Positions 1 to 11,116 are shown, numbered from the stretch's first letter. The stretch: DNA of 64,000 bases from an uncultured Alphaproteobacteria bacterium (GCA_963781645.1 CAWAGY010000031.1:27562-91561); one strand, 5' to 3'. The notes: generated from the letters alone by a model not told the origin. A program made the numbers and translations.

Positions 1-1130
1 GGGGCGCGCCGGCAGCAGCCCCTGATGAACAACGCCGGCGGCGAGGAACAGCGGCACCCGGGCCGTTCGCTCCTTCGGCACGTAGCTGACCGTGGCCCAC
101 GGCGTCAGCCCCTCGTCGCCGGTCGCATCGGCCGGCCGCCACGCCATCTGGCGAAAGATCGCATAAACGCCGTAAAGGCCGCCGCTCGATCGTCCCGTCG
201 CGGGCGAGATCCGGAAAGGCGGTCGTGTCGTAGAAGCCGCCGACCTTCGCTTCGCCCGGCAGACCGTCGCTTCCGCCCGCGAGGGCAAAGGAATATCCGA
301 CCTCGCCCACGGCGAGCAGCCCGTCCGCCGGCGAAAATGAAAAGTCGAGGCCGTTGTTGTCGGCCGCCGCCGCTCCGGCATCGGCATTGAAGGCGCCGGC
401 GGCGATCCTGAGACCGTCGGTCGGTCGCCCGATCGCCTGGATGCCCCACTGGACGTTCGGCAGCCCGCCGAACAGCTCGTCGTTGACCGGCAACCCGCCC
501 GGATGGTTGTTGATCGCCGAGGAGAGGTAATTCGAGAACAGGTCGAGATGGGCGAACGTCTGCACGACATTGAGGCGGCCGATCGCCAGGCTGAGGCGGC
601 GGTCGAGCAGGTCCTGCTGCAGATAGAGCCGCGCGAGGGCCACCTGATCGCCGCTGAAGGCGTGCCCCACCTGGAAGACGTTGCCGATGTCGTCGGACAG
701 GTTCGTTCCCGCCGACCAGTTGCCTTCGGCATACAGCATCAGGCCGTCGGCCCCGGCGATCCGGCCAAAGTCGAAGGTGAGCGAGGCGGCAGCGTACTGC
801 GCATAGGCCCAGCTTTGTTTTCGCCCCCCGATCGGGTTGGTCTGGATGTTGGCGATGTAGACGCCTCGCGGCGTGATCCCGAGTTGGACGAGACGATCAC
901 GAGCGCCGTTCCAGTCGCCGGTTGCAGTGGCGATGGTCGCATCGAACGGTTCGGTGAGACATTCGAAGAGAAGGTTATAGGGGTCTGCTGAGCCGCACAG
1001 ACTCCGGCCCCGGCGGAGTGGCGGCGGGCTCGCCGGCCGCTGCGATCGCCGAGGCGAGGCTCATCGCTGCAGCGGCGGCGCAGCGATATGCGCAAACGCC
1101 TCGCCGCCTGCCAATGGTCGTCCGCGCCAC
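1..1130 (-). CDS. OprB-family carbohydrate-selective porin (runs off the left edge; frameshift near 1000; start approximate)
   Basis: Not in the ORF track. Manual minus-strand translation gives ATGDWNGARDRLVQLGITPRGVYIANIQTNPIGGRKQSWAYA...WSAGTNLSDDIGNVFQVGH...LARLYLQQDLLDRRLSLAIGRL...PNVQWG, an OprB pattern. The signal-like segment AAAAMSLASAIAAAGEP lies in ORF 975..1169. Confidence 0.8.
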
Positions 1131-1149
1131 GGCCGGCCCGTCTTTTCGC

Positions 1150-3802
1150 TCATCGCTCGACCGGCTCATGCAGGTCGGAGATCAGCTTGGCGATGAGGCC
1201 GGTCCAGCCGGTCTGGTGCGATGCGCCGCAGCCGCGGCCGCTGTCCCCGTCGAAGTATTCGTGAAAGAGGAGATGATCGCGGAAATGCGAATCGGTCTGC
1301 AGCTTCTCGGCCTCGCCGAACACCGGCCGGCGGCCCTGATCATCGCGGAGGAAGATGCGGGCGACACGGCGGGCGATCTCGTTGGCGACTTGGGCGAGGG
1401 ACATCAGCGTGCCTGAGCCGGTCGGACATTCCACCTTGAAGTCGTCGCCGTAATAGGCGTGAAAGCGGTGCAGGCTCCGGATGATAAGGTAATTGACGGG
1501 AATCCAGATGGGTCCCCGCCAGTTGGAGTTGCCACCGAACAGGCGGCTGTCGGACTCTCCCGGCACGTACTGGACGCCGTAGCTGTGGCCTTGGCAGTCG
1601 AAAACATATGGCTGATCGAAATGCGCCCGGGAGAGGGCGCGGATGCCGAAGGGCGACAGGAACTCGTCCGGGTCGAGCATACGGGTCAGCGTGCATTTCA
1701 TCCGATAGGCGCGAACGAGCGAGAGCAGCCGGCGATCCTCGCGCCCCGGATCGTCCCAGCGCGAGACCAGCCGGGCGAGGTCCGGCCGATGATGCAGATA
1801 CCAGGTCAGGCGCTGGGCAAAAGCGGGGGTGCTCGCCAGATGCGCCGCATCGAGGATCTCGACTGCGAACAGCGGAATGAGACCGACCATCGAGCGGACC
1901 TTCAGCGGGTGCGAGCCCTGTCCGGGAAGATCGAGCACGTCGTAATAGAACTTATCGTCGTCGTCCCAGAGGCCGATGCCGCCGCCGGCAATGTCCTTCA
2001 TGGCGAGCGCGATGGCGAGGAAGTGCTCGAAGAACTTGGTCGCCAGGTCCTCGTAGACGTGATTGTGGCGGCCGAGCTCGAGGGCGATCCGCATCAGGTT
2101 GAGGGCGAACATCGCCATCCAGGCGGTGCCGTCCGATTGCTTGATCGTCCCGCCGGTGGGCAGCGGCGCCGAGCGGTCGAAGCAACCAATGTTATCGAGG
2201 CCGAGGAACCCGCCTTCGAAAATGTTGCGTCCGCCGTGGTCCTTCCGGTTCACCCACCAGGTGAAATTCAAGAGGAACTTGTGAAAGACCCGTTCCAGGA
2301 AGAAGAGATCGCCGGTGCCGCCGTTTTGGTGCCGGTCGATCTGGTAGACCTGCCAGGCCGCCCAGGCGCGGACCGGCGGGTTGACGTCGCTGAAGTTCCA
2401 CTCGTAGGCCGGCAGCTGGCCGTTCGGGTGCATGTACCATTCATGACCGAGCAGCACCATCTGCCGCTTGGCGAATTCGGGATCGATACGGGCCAAGGCA
2501 ACGGCGTGGAAGGCCTGGTCCCAGGCGGCAAACCAGGGATATTCCCAGGTGTCCGGCATCGAGATGACATCGTCGGCGTTGAGGTGGCGCCAGTCGCTGT
2601 TGCGCCCGCTCAACCGCTGCGCCGGCGGTGTCGGCTCGGTCGGATCGCCGTCGAGCCAGCGCGAGACATCGTAGGCGTAAAACTGCTTCGACCAGATCAT
2701 CCCGGCGAGGGCCTGCCGGTGTACCCGCCGTTCCTCGGCGTAAGCGATCTTCGATTGCAGATCGGCGTAAAAGGCATCGGCCTCGGCGAGGCGGGCGGCA
2801 AAGACCTTGTCGAAGTCGGAAAACGCGTCGGCGGTCCGCCCGTCCGGGCGCAGCCGCAGCCGGAGGACCCGAGAGGAATCCGGCGGCGAGGCGACAGCGG
2901 TAGACGGCGCATGCCTTGGTGCCGGTGCGTACCCGGTTGAGGGTGCTGCGGTCGCCGTCGACGATCGCGTCGTGGAACGCATCCTTGAAATGGCCGGCGG
3001 TCTCAATGCCATAGAGGCGGCGGGCGTTGGTCTCGTTGTCGCAAAACAACAGTTCGTCCGGGCCCTCGCAGAAGACGGCGAAGCGGCCGAGCACCGGATC
3101 GGCGACACTGATGCGGTCGGCGCCGACCGCCGTCAGCGCCGGTTTCACCGCGTCCTTTTCCCACGTCCAGGTATTGCGGAACCAGACGTGCGGCAGAACG
3201 TGCAGCGTCGCGTCGGCCGCCCCGCGATTGGTGACCGTCACCTGCATCAAGATGTCGTCCACGTCGGCTTTGGCGTAGGCGATCTCGACGTCGAAATAGT
3301 GGTCGTCGTCGAACACGCCGGTGTCGAGCAGCTCGAACTCGGGCGCATCGAGCCCGCGCCGGGCGTTCTCCTCGATCAGCCGCTCGTAGGGAAAGGCGTC
3401 CTGAGGATACTTGTAGAGCATACGGAGAAAGGAATGCGTCGGCGTCGCATCGAGGAAGTAGTATAGCTCCTTCACGTCCTCGCCGTGGTTGCCCTGCTGG
3501 TTGGTCAGCCCGAACAGCCGCTCCTTCAGAATGCGGTCGCGGCCGTTCCACAAGGCGACGGCGAGACAAAGCCGCTGCTCGATGTCAGACAGACCGCCGA
3601 TGCCGTCCTCGCCCCAGCGATAGGCCTTGCTCCGCGCCATGTCGTGGGTGACGGCATTCCAGGCATCGCCACCGGCGCTGTAATCCTCGCGCACCGTCCC
3701 CCACTGCCGTTCGCTGAGATACGGACCCCAGCGGTACCACGCTGTCTTGCCGGCCTTGGCGTCGGCGAGGCGGATGCGTTCGGGATTTTTTGCGGAACTC
3801 AT
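1150..3802 (-). CDS. GH63/MGH1-like glucosidase (cytoplasmic; frameshift near 2880)
   Basis: N-terminal WYRWGPYLSERQWGTVREDYS and HGEDVKELYY in ORF 2441..4393 join C-terminal SMPDTWEYPWFAAWD, GGFLGLDNIG, GGNSNWRGPIW and GASHQTGWTG in ORF 1150..3108. Confidence 0.88.
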
Positions 3803-5112
3803 GGCGCCTCCTCCGAAACCGGCGGTCCGAATGTCGATGCGAAGTCGGTGCCGACCCCGACGAGGTCGCGACGGAAGACGAGATCGAGCAACCAGTCGAT
3901 GCCGATGCGCACCCGCCTCTCCATCGATGGCACCTGGGCAAGATTGTAGGTCCGCCACAATACCCAGGCGGTAAAACCGGCGAGGCGGACGCCGCCGATG
4001 CGCGCGACGCCGGTGCGGCGGCCGAGCGTCGCCATCGTGCCGAGCGAGGTGTAGATGAAGGGATCGAGCGGCCGGCCATCGACGGCGGCGGCAATATTGC
4101 GAGCGAGCACCCGCGCCTGCCGATGCGCGTGCTGCGCCGTCGGCGGAAAGAAGCCGCCGGTCTCGGCATCGGGAACGGCGGCGCAGTCGCCGGCGGCCCA
4201 AAGCCCGGGCCGGTCGGGAACGGCCAGCGTTGCATCGGTGAGGATGCGGCCGTGTTCCTTCGCGCACGGCAACGCATCGAGCGCCGGATTGACCGTCGAG
4301 CCCGCGGTCCACAGAAGCGTTGCCGCCTCCATGTGCGATCCGTCGGAAAAGCCGACCGCGCCGTCCGCCGCCGTCGTCACCGTCGCGCCGCAACGGATTT
4401 CGATCCGGCGCCGCGACAGCGTGTCGGCGGCATAGCGGCCTAGCGACGGATTGAGCTCGGGCAAAATCTCCCGGCCGTGGTGCACCAGAACGATGCGAAT
4501 AGCGCGGGTGTCGATCCGCGGATAGAGGCGGGCGGCACTTTCGAGGAAGTCGTTCATCGACGCTGACGTTTCGGTGCCGGAAAAGCCGCCGCCGGCGACG
4601 ACGAAGCTGAGAAGTGCCCGACGCCGGGCCGCGTCCTCCTCGATGTCGGCCTCTTCAAGGCACTCGATCATCCGGTTGCGCAGTCGGATGGCGTCACCGA
4701 GCGTTTTCATCGTCAACGCCCGCTCGGCGATGCCGGGGCCGTCGGCAAACCGGGTGACCGAGCCGAGGGCGAGCACCAGATGGTCGAACGGCAGCGACAG
4801 CGTCCGCTCGCAGTCGATACCGCGGGTCACGCTCACCGTCCGACCGGCAAGGTCGATCGCATCCACCCGCCCTTCGACAAACCGCACCCGGCGCAGCAGC
4901 CGGCGCATCGCCACCACCGCGTGGGTGAGGTCGATCTCGCTGCCGGCGATGTCATGCAGCATCGGCGTGTAAAGGAAGTAATTGTGCTCGTTGACGAGCG
5001 TCACCTCGACGTCGTTGCGGCGGGCAAGCGACTTCTCCAGGCGCTTGGCCGTACCGAGGCCGGCAAAGCCGCCGCCGAGGACAAGGACGTGTATCCCGCC
5101 GTTGCGACCCAA
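3799..5112 (-). CDS. Type II NADH dehydrogenase-like NAD(P)/FAD-dependent oxidoreductase (start uncertain, TTG at 5112 assumed)
   Basis: VLVLGGGFAG FAD motif, second VVAGGGFSGTE motif, WAAGDCA, PPTAQHA and GTMATLGR. Its stop overlaps the glucosidase start. Confidence 0.85.
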   Translation of the reverse strand: MGRNGGIHVLVLGGGFAGLGTAKRLEKSLARRNDVEVTLVNEHNYFLYTPMLHDIAGSEIDLTHAVVAMRRLLRRVRFVEGRVDAIDLAGRTVSVTRGIDCERTLSLPFDHLVLALGSVTRFADGPGIAERALTMKTLGDAIRLRNRMIECLEEADIEEDAARRRALLSFVVAGGGFSGTETSASMNDFLESAARLYPRIDTRAIRIVLVHHGREILPELNPSLGRYAADTLSRRRIEIRCGATVTTAADGAVGFSDGSHMEAATLLWTAGSTVNPALDALPCAKEHGRILTDATLAVPDRPGLWAAGDCAAVPDAETGGFFPPTAQHAHRQARVLARNIAAAVDGRPLDPFIYTSLGTMATLGRRTGVARIGGVRLAGFTAWVLWRTYNLAQVPSMERRVRIGIDWLLDLVFRRDLVGVGTDFASTFGPPVSEEAP

Positions 5113-5125
5113 GACGGCCGCCGCG

Positions 5126-6562
5126 TCAGTCGAGCCGCGCGAGGTGATCGCCGAGACGCAACCCCCAGGCATAGATGCTCAGCGCCGGATTGACCCGGCT
5201 CGCCCGCGGCAGGACGCTGCCGTCGCCGACATAAAGCCCCTCCATGCCGTGCACCTTGCCGTCCGGATCGCAGACGCTCGTTGCCGCAACACTGCCGGTG
5301 ACCAGGCTGCCGAGGGCATGGGCGGTGCCGGCCATCCCCATGTAGCGATCGACGCCGGGCAGCCCCGCCTTCGCAAGCACCTTTTGAAAGTCGTGGACGC
5401 AGGCGTGATGCTCATCGAGCGACGGTCGGATGCGGTCGAGCCGGTAGTCCATCACCGGAAAGCTTTCCTTGCCGCCCGATCGAATGCGGTTGTCGGGGCT
5501 TGAGCCGTCCTCGGTGGTGGCGAAGAAGCCGACGGCGCGGGTGCCGAAGGCATTGGCGACGAACTTCGGTACGGCGGCCGGCAGTTGTGCGCCGAGAATG
5601 TCGCCGTCGATCCAGCCGAGGCACTGGATGGTACTGTGCGGAAAGGCGTCGTTGAAGAAAATCGCCGTCTTTCGCAAGACGTCTTCGTCCTTGAAGATAG
5701 AAAACCCGAGAAGCGCGCTGTTGATGTGAAACTTGAAGTTGGCGCCGACGTGGGCGGCGGCCGGCAGGCGCACGCCGAGGCCGGTCTCCTTCAGATAATC
5801 TTCGAGCAGCCGGGGCGATGACATCGCACCCGCCGCCAGCACCACGACGCGCGCGCTGTCGGCGCCGCCATCGGCGTAGCGGACGCCGGTAACCCGCTCC
5901 GGATGCCCGTCCAGGCCTAGGAAGCCTGCGACCGGATGTTCGGTCCGCAGCGTCAGCCCCGCTTCATCCTTGATCAGATCGATCAAATTCCACTCGGCAT
6001 CCGACTTGTAGCCGCACGCCGAGGCAAAGCCATCGAAGTGCTTCGCCTCCTCCGGATCATCGAGAATCGCCTGCTTCAGGCCGAGCGGCAGCGATTGCGG
6101 CCGCCACGCCGCGTCCTCACTTGTAATCCGGTCGATCAGCGCCTGCAGCCCGGGCTCGTTGGCGAAGACGTTGACATGCAGCAGTGCCTCCGCCTCGTCG
6201 TAATAAGGCTTCAGGGTCTCGTAGCCGAACGGCCAGGCGAGGCACTGATACGCGTCGTCGGCCTCGAACTCGTGGGTCGAGAAGCGCAGCAGCGCCGCCC
6301 CGTACCATTTCGTCTTGCCGCCGACGTTGTAGAACTCGCCCGGATAGAACACCTGGTTCTGGCCATCGACCCAGGGCTCCTTGTTTTTGAAGACGCCGTC
6401 CTTGAACACCTTCTTGATGTCGAGGGTCGAGCCGTCGCGCGGCAAATAGCCGCCTTTCTCGACCAGCAGCACGCGCCGGCCGGCCTTGACCAGCTTGTAG
6501 GCGACGGCGGCGCCGCCGGCGCCGGAGCCGATGACGATCGCATCATACGCGGTCTCCGGCAT
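5126..6562 (-). CDS. GMC-family oxidoreductase
   Basis: DAIVIGSGAGG, VGGKTKWYGA, VVLAAGAMSSPRLL, AHALGS and LYVGDGSVLP...NPALSI. No signal peptide. Confidence 0.88.
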   Translation of the reverse strand: MPETAYDAIVIGSGAGGAAVAYKLVKAGRRVLLVEKGGYLPRDGSTLDIKKVFKDGVFKNKEPWVDGQNQVFYPGEFYNVGGKTKWYGAALLRFSTHEFEADDAYQCLAWPFGYETLKPYYDEAEALLHVNVFANEPGLQALIDRITSEDAAWRPQSLPLGLKQAILDDPEEAKHFDGFASACGYKSDAEWNLIDLIKDEAGLTLRTEHPVAGFLGLDGHPERVTGVRYADGGADSARVVVLAAGAMSSPRLLEDYLKETGLGVRLPAAAHVGANFKFHINSALLGFSIFKDEDVLRKTAIFFNDAFPHSTIQCLGWIDGDILGAQLPAAVPKFVANAFGTRAVGFFATTEDGSSPDNRIRSGGKESFPVMDYRLDRIRPSLDEHHACVHDFQKVLAKAGLPGVDRYMGMAGTAHALGSLVTGSVAATSVCDPDGKVHGMEGLYVGDGSVLPRASRVNPALSIYAWGLRLGDHLARLD

Positions 6563-6563
6563 C

Positions 6564-7421
6564 TCACCCTCCCGTCGCGAAGCCGGGAAACAGGGTCATG
6601 CCGCCGTCGACGTAAAGGCTGACGCCGCTGAGGTAGTCGGATTCGTCCGCGCACAGCCAGACCGCGGTGCGTCCGATGTCCTCGGGCTCGCCGATGCGCC
6701 TGTACGGGATCAGCGTCAGAAGATCGTTCATCGCCGCCTGCGTCGCCCACGCATCGTGGTTGATGGGGGTGCGGATGGCGCCGGGGCAGATGGCGTTCAC
6801 CCGGATGCGATGTGGCGCGTACTCCTGCGCCAGTGTCTTCGACAACAGCCGGATGCCGCCCTTTGACGAGGCGTAGTTGGCGTGGCCGGCCCACGGGATC
6901 ATGTCGTGCACGGAGCTCATGTTGATGATCTTGCCGGCGGCGCATGAAATCTCCGGGCGGATGCCGCGCCGGAGATACTCGCGGATCGCCTCGCGGCAGC
7001 AGAGGAACTGTCCGGTCAGATTGACGCCGATGACGGTGTTCCACTGCTGAAGCGTCATCTCGTGGAACGGGGCGTCCCGCTGCAGGCCGGCGTTGGCGAC
7101 GAGGATGTCGACGGTACCGAACGTTGCGATCGCGGTCTTGAACATCGCCTGGACTTCCGCCTCGTTCGAGACGTCGGCGTGCAGCGCGATCGCCTTTGCG
7201 CCCTTCGCTTCGATCTTCTTGACCACCTCGCCCGCCGTGTCCTCACCGACGACGAAATTGACGACGACATTGGCGCCGGCGCCGCCAAGGGCGATCGCCA
7301 CCGCCTCGCCGATGCCGGAATTGGCGCCGGTGACGAGCGCCGTCTGCCTTTCGAGAACCTTGAAGTCCTCGTATTGCGGCATCACCACCGGCGGATAGGT
7401 CTTGTCGACTTCGATTGCCAT
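6564..7421 (-). CDS. SDR oxidoreductase, glucose 1-dehydrogenase-like
   Basis: TGANSGIG, ILVANAG, NMSSVH..IPW, YASSKGG, IRVNAICPGAIRTPIN and YVDGGMTLFPGF closely match glucose 1-dehydrogenase SDRs. Confidence 0.85.
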   Translation of the reverse strand: MAIEVDKTYPPVVMPQYEDFKVLERQTALVTGANSGIGEAVAIALGGAGANVVVNFVVGEDTAGEVVKKIEAKGAKAIALHADVSNEAEVQAMFKTAIATFGTVDILVANAGLQRDAPFHEMTLQQWNTVIGVNLTGQFLCCREAIREYLRRGIRPEISCAAGKIINMSSVHDMIPWAGHANYASSKGGIRLLSKTLAQEYAPHRIRVNAICPGAIRTPINHDAWATQAAMNDLLTLIPYRRIGEPEDIGRTAVWLCADESDYLSGVSLYVDGGMTLFPGFATGG

Positions 7422-7448
7422 CGCCCTCCCCTCCCCTCGTTTGCGCGG

Positions 7449-8457
7449 CTAGTGATAGCCCTTGCGCAGCTTGCCGCGGAAAATCCAGTAGACGTAGATG
7501 GTATAGATCAGCACCACCGGAAAAACGACGAGCACCGGCACCCCAGAACATGAATTCGAGTGACGACGGCGGCGCCGCCGCATCGGCGACGGTGACGGAA
7601 AACGGGATCATGTACGGCCAGAAGCTGATCGCCATCGTCGCATAGGCGGTGAGGAAGACGATGACGGTGAGCGGGAACAGCCGCCCCTCCTGCCGCTTGC
7701 GCACGCCCGCAAGGATACCGAGACAGGCGAAGCCGCCGATCACCGGCAGCACCAGCATCCACGGCACGTCCAGCCAGCGGTGGAGGACGTGAAGCTGGGT
7801 GAGCAGCGCAAAGATGAAGGCGATGGCGACAAAGAGGACGGTGCCGGCGAGAAGTATGGCCACCCGCCGATAGGCCCACTGCTGCAGCCGGCCCTCCGCC
7901 TTGAGGACCAGCCAGGCGGCGCCGAGGAGCGCATAGCCGATGATCAGGCCGACGCCGCAGAGAATCGAAAACGGCGAAATCCACTCGTAGCCGCTGCCGG
8001 CATAGGCGCCGCCCACGACCGGCAGCTCCTGGACCATCGTGCCGATGGCGGCACCCTGGACGAAGGCAACGACCGCCGAACCAACGCCGAAGCCCAAATC
8101 CCAAAGCCAGCGCATGCCCTCCGTCCGGTAGCGGAATTCGAAGGCGACGCCGCGGAAGATCAGGCCGATCAGGAGCAGCGCCACCGGCAGGTAGAAGGCC
8201 GGCAGGAAGATCGCATAGACCATGGGAAAGGCGCCGAACAAGGACGCGCCGACGAGGATCAGCCAGGTCTCGTTGCCGTCCCAGAACGGCGCGATCGCGT
8301 TCATCATCTCGGCGCGGAACTGCTCGTCCCGGGTCGTGGCGAAGAGCACGCCGACGCCGAGATCGTAACCGTCGAGGATGACGTAGACGAGGATGGCAAA
8401 GGCGATCAGCCCGGCCCAGATCGTCGGCAGCGCCGCCGTCAGCGATGCGTGGTCCAT
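7449..8457 (-). CDS. cydB: Cytochrome bd ubiquinol oxidase subunit II (frameshift near 7530)
   Basis: YVILDGYDLGVG, PFWDGNETWL and IFRGVAFEFR. Ends GYH-TAG at 7449 after a shift. Confidence 0.92.
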
Positions 8458-8462
8458 CGCCG

Positions 8463-9878
8463 TCACCTTCCCGAGCCGGAGGGAGGACGCTGGCCGGTCG
8501 CCGTCTCCGTTCGGCCGGCAAACGCCATCGGGCGACTGGCCGTTCCCGTCGGCGGATGCGGCGTCTCGCCGATGGGGCCCATTTTCAGCAGCCGATAGAT
8601 GTAGAGCATGCCGAAGAGGAAAATGATCGCGTAGACGACGACGTAGGCAGTAAGCGACGCCAGAACGTCGAAGCTGGTGATCGTCGGCGTGACCGCATCC
8701 CGCGTCCGCAGAAGGCCGTAGACGACCCATGGCTGGCGGCCGACCTCGGCGGTGAACCAGCCGGTCAGGACAGCGATGAAGCCGGTCGGAAAGGACAAGA
8801 ACGCCGCCCATTGGAACCAGCGGGTGGTTTCCAGACGACCGCGCCAGCGCAAATAATTTCCGAACCAGGTGATCGCCAGCATGATCAGCGCCATGCCGAC
8901 CATGATGCGGAAGCCGAAGAACGGGATCAGCACCGGCGGCCGGTCTTCGGGCGCAAACTCCTCAAGGCCGACCTCCTTCGAATCCCACGTGCCCGAGGCG
9001 ATGAAGCTGCCGAGCCTGGGGACGACGATGGCGTAAAGGTTCGTTTCCCGATCCGGATCCGGCAGGCCGATAAGCACCTCCGCCGCCGGCTGTTCGGTCT
9101 TCCATCGCGCCTCGATCGCCGCGAATTTTGCCGGCTGATGCTGGTGAACATAATCGCCGGCAAAATGCCCGAAGACGATCTGCACCGGCACGACGAGGGC
9201 GACGAAAGCGAGCCCCCAATGCAGCATCACCCTCGCCTCGGCCGGATGCACCCGCCGCAGTACGTACCAGGCGCCGGTGGCGACGACGCACATGCCGGTG
9301 GTGAGAAACGCCGCGAGCAGCATGTGGATCCAGCGGATCAGCATGACTTGGCCGAAGATGATCTGCCACCAATCGCCGGGAATGATCCTGCCGTTGACGA
9401 TCGAATGGCCGACCGGTACCTGCATCCAGCTGTTATTGGCGAGGATCCAGAACGACGACACCATCGTTCCCAGCGATACCATGCAACAGGAGAAAAAGTA
9501 GAACGCCGGCGAGACGCGGTCGCGGCCGAGGAGCATCACGCCGAAGAAGCTCGCCTCGAGGATGAACGCGGTGAACGCCTCGTAGCCGAGGAGCGGGCCC
9601 TGGATCGATCCGGTCCGCTCGGCCAGAACGCTCCAGTTGGTACCGAACTGGAACGCCATGACGATGCCCGACACGACGCCCATGCCGAAGGAGACGGCGA
9701 ACACCTTCAGCCAGAAGTCGAACACCCGCCGGTACAGCTCATCGCGGGTGAGGAGATGCATGCCCTCCATCGTCGCCAGCCAGGCGGCGGTCCCGATGGT
9801 GAAGGCGGGAAAGATGATGTGGAAGCTAATGACGAATGCGAACTGGATCCGCGACAGGATTACCGGGTCGAATTCCAT
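8463..9878 (-). CDS. cydA: Cytochrome bd ubiquinol oxidase subunit I (short Q-loop, CioA-like)
   Basis: LSRIQFAFVISFHIIFP, FQFGTNW, NSWMQ, QPAKFAAIE and GWFTAEVGRQPW. Confidence 0.95.
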   Translation of the reverse strand: MEFDPVILSRIQFAFVISFHIIFPAFTIGTAAWLATMEGMHLLTRDELYRRVFDFWLKVFAVSFGMGVVSGIVMAFQFGTNWSVLAERTGSIQGPLLGYEAFTAFILEASFFGVMLLGRDRVSPAFYFFSCCMVSLGTMVSSFWILANNSWMQVPVGHSIVNGRIIPGDWWQIIFGQVMLIRWIHMLLAAFLTTGMCVVATGAWYVLRRVHPAEARVMLHWGLAFVALVVPVQIVFGHFAGDYVHQHQPAKFAAIEARWKTEQPAAEVLIGLPDPDRETNLYAIVVPRLGSFIASGTWDSKEVGLEEFAPEDRPPVLIPFFGFRIMVGMALIMLAITWFGNYLRWRGRLETTRWFQWAAFLSFPTGFIAVLTGWFTAEVGRQPWVVYGLLRTRDAVTPTITSFDVLASLTAYVVVYAIIFLFGMLYIYRLLKMGPIGETPHPPTGTASRPMAFAGRTETATGQRPPSGSGR

Positions 9879-10082
9879 TACACCTCTCTCGTGTCGACCG
9901 CGACCCCCCGGTCCCGCTTCTCACCCGTCGGAGGCAGACCGACTTCAGGAGCGAATGGGCCGTCCGTTCGCATCGTCCACGCTTTCGACGGCGCCGATCG
10001 CTGCGCCGATCGCGAGGGTCGTTTGATCGCCGGATGCTCTCCGACGGCCGGCCGTTGCCGGCACGTGCGTTCCCCGATCCCG

Positions 10083-10111
10083 ATTAAGCCCCGGATCTCG
10101 GTGCCTTTCAA
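10083..10111 (-). promoter_or_regulatory. Putative sigma70-type promoter for the cydA operon
   Basis: Minus strand TTGAAA-N17-CTTAAT about 200 bp upstream of cydA. Confidence 0.35.
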
Positions 10112-10190
10112 GCGACACTTTGATGCTGCGCATGAGGTTGGACGCCTGGGAATGCCGGCGCTCCGGCAGCAGCGACGGCACGCTCGCGGA

Positions 10191-10736
10191 TCAGTCGGCG
10201 AACGCGGCCGCCATCACCGGGCCACCGCGATGGGCGCCGGCCGCGGGTGCGTAGCGGTGGACGAGCTGCAGCTCCTCGTTGCGATCGAGAAAGGTGTCGA
10301 GAACCTGGACGATGCTCAGTTCTTCCTTCTGCAGGTGGAGGAGGATCTGCTGGGTGAACTCCTGGGCCGCCGCGCAGAACGACCGCCATTTCGGTGCATC
10401 GACGCCACCATCGAGGATGTCGGCGGCGAAACGCCGCAGCCGCTGGACCAGCGGCACCATGACCAGATGCTCGTCGGCCAGCATCTCGACCACATCAACG
10501 GCGCCCCTTCGGCACAAAAGCGGGAACAGCTCCTTCTCCTCGAAGGCATTGTGACGGATGACGCCGTCGAGGGCGGCGATGAGCTGCTCGAGCTGCTGCC
10601 GGTCTTCAACGCGTGTGGGATCCAACGGTTGCTGCGCTGCGGGACCGCTTACCCGATTTTCCAGGTCGCAAAACAGCATCACGATGTGAAAGTGCTCTTC
10701 GTGAAGGACCTGCCCGAGCCTGCTGAGTTGCGCCAT
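10191..10736 (-). CDS. Hemerythrin (HHE) domain protein
   Basis: LHEEH...HNAFEEKELFP...LADEH...HLQKEE metal-ligand pattern. GGAGG RBS precedes ATG at 10736. Confidence 0.8.
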   Translation of the reverse strand: MAQLSRLGQVLHEEHFHIVMLFCDLENRVSGPAAQQPLDPTRVEDRQQLEQLIAALDGVIRHNAFEEKELFPLLCRRGAVDVVEMLADEHLVMVPLVQRLRRFAADILDGGVDAPKWRSFCAAAQEFTQQILLHLQKEELSIVQVLDTFLDRNEELQLVHRYAPAAGAHRGGPVMAAAFAD

Positions 10737-10865
10737 TAGACCGACCTCCCGCCGCGCCGCCGGCACCGACGGTGCCGACTCTTGCTGCTGCATCGCGGCA
10801 TAATAGCATGCTTTTTGGCGAATGTGTATTGCAATGCAGCACACGGCCGTCGGGGATGTCCTCGC

Positions 10866-11090
10866 TTAGCCGCCGCCGACGGCCGTCCCTGGCGGAAGGA
10901 TCGGTGGAACCTCCGTTGATGCGGTGATCAGGCGCCTGAGGTCGTCTTCCGATAGTCGCGAGAGCTGGTCGAGAGCGTGCGCCCAGTCGCGACTGTCACG
11001 CCAGGTGTGGCCACGCAGCAGGCGTCCGAGGGTTTCCAGAGGATCAGACGAATCGGAGCAAAGGCCGGATTGCGACTCGATCGCGTTCAT
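10866..11090 (-). CDS. Hypothetical 74-aa protein with upstream LexA box
   Basis: ORF with GGAGG RBS, an AT-rich upstream region and GAAC-N7-GAAC 27 bp upstream. Confidence 0.55.
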   Translation of the reverse strand: MNAIESQSGLCSDSSDPLETLGRLLRGHTWRDSRDWAHALDQLSRLSEDDLRRLITASTEVPPILPPGTAVGGG

Positions 11091-11116
11091 CGCCGCCTCC
11101 CATCAGGAGAGGCCCG

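Noticed and set aside
10040-10075. GGAAC motif upstream of cydA as a general-stress (EcfG) promoter
   Set aside because: No CGTT -10 element at 16-17 bp spacing. No FNR/FixK box was found either.
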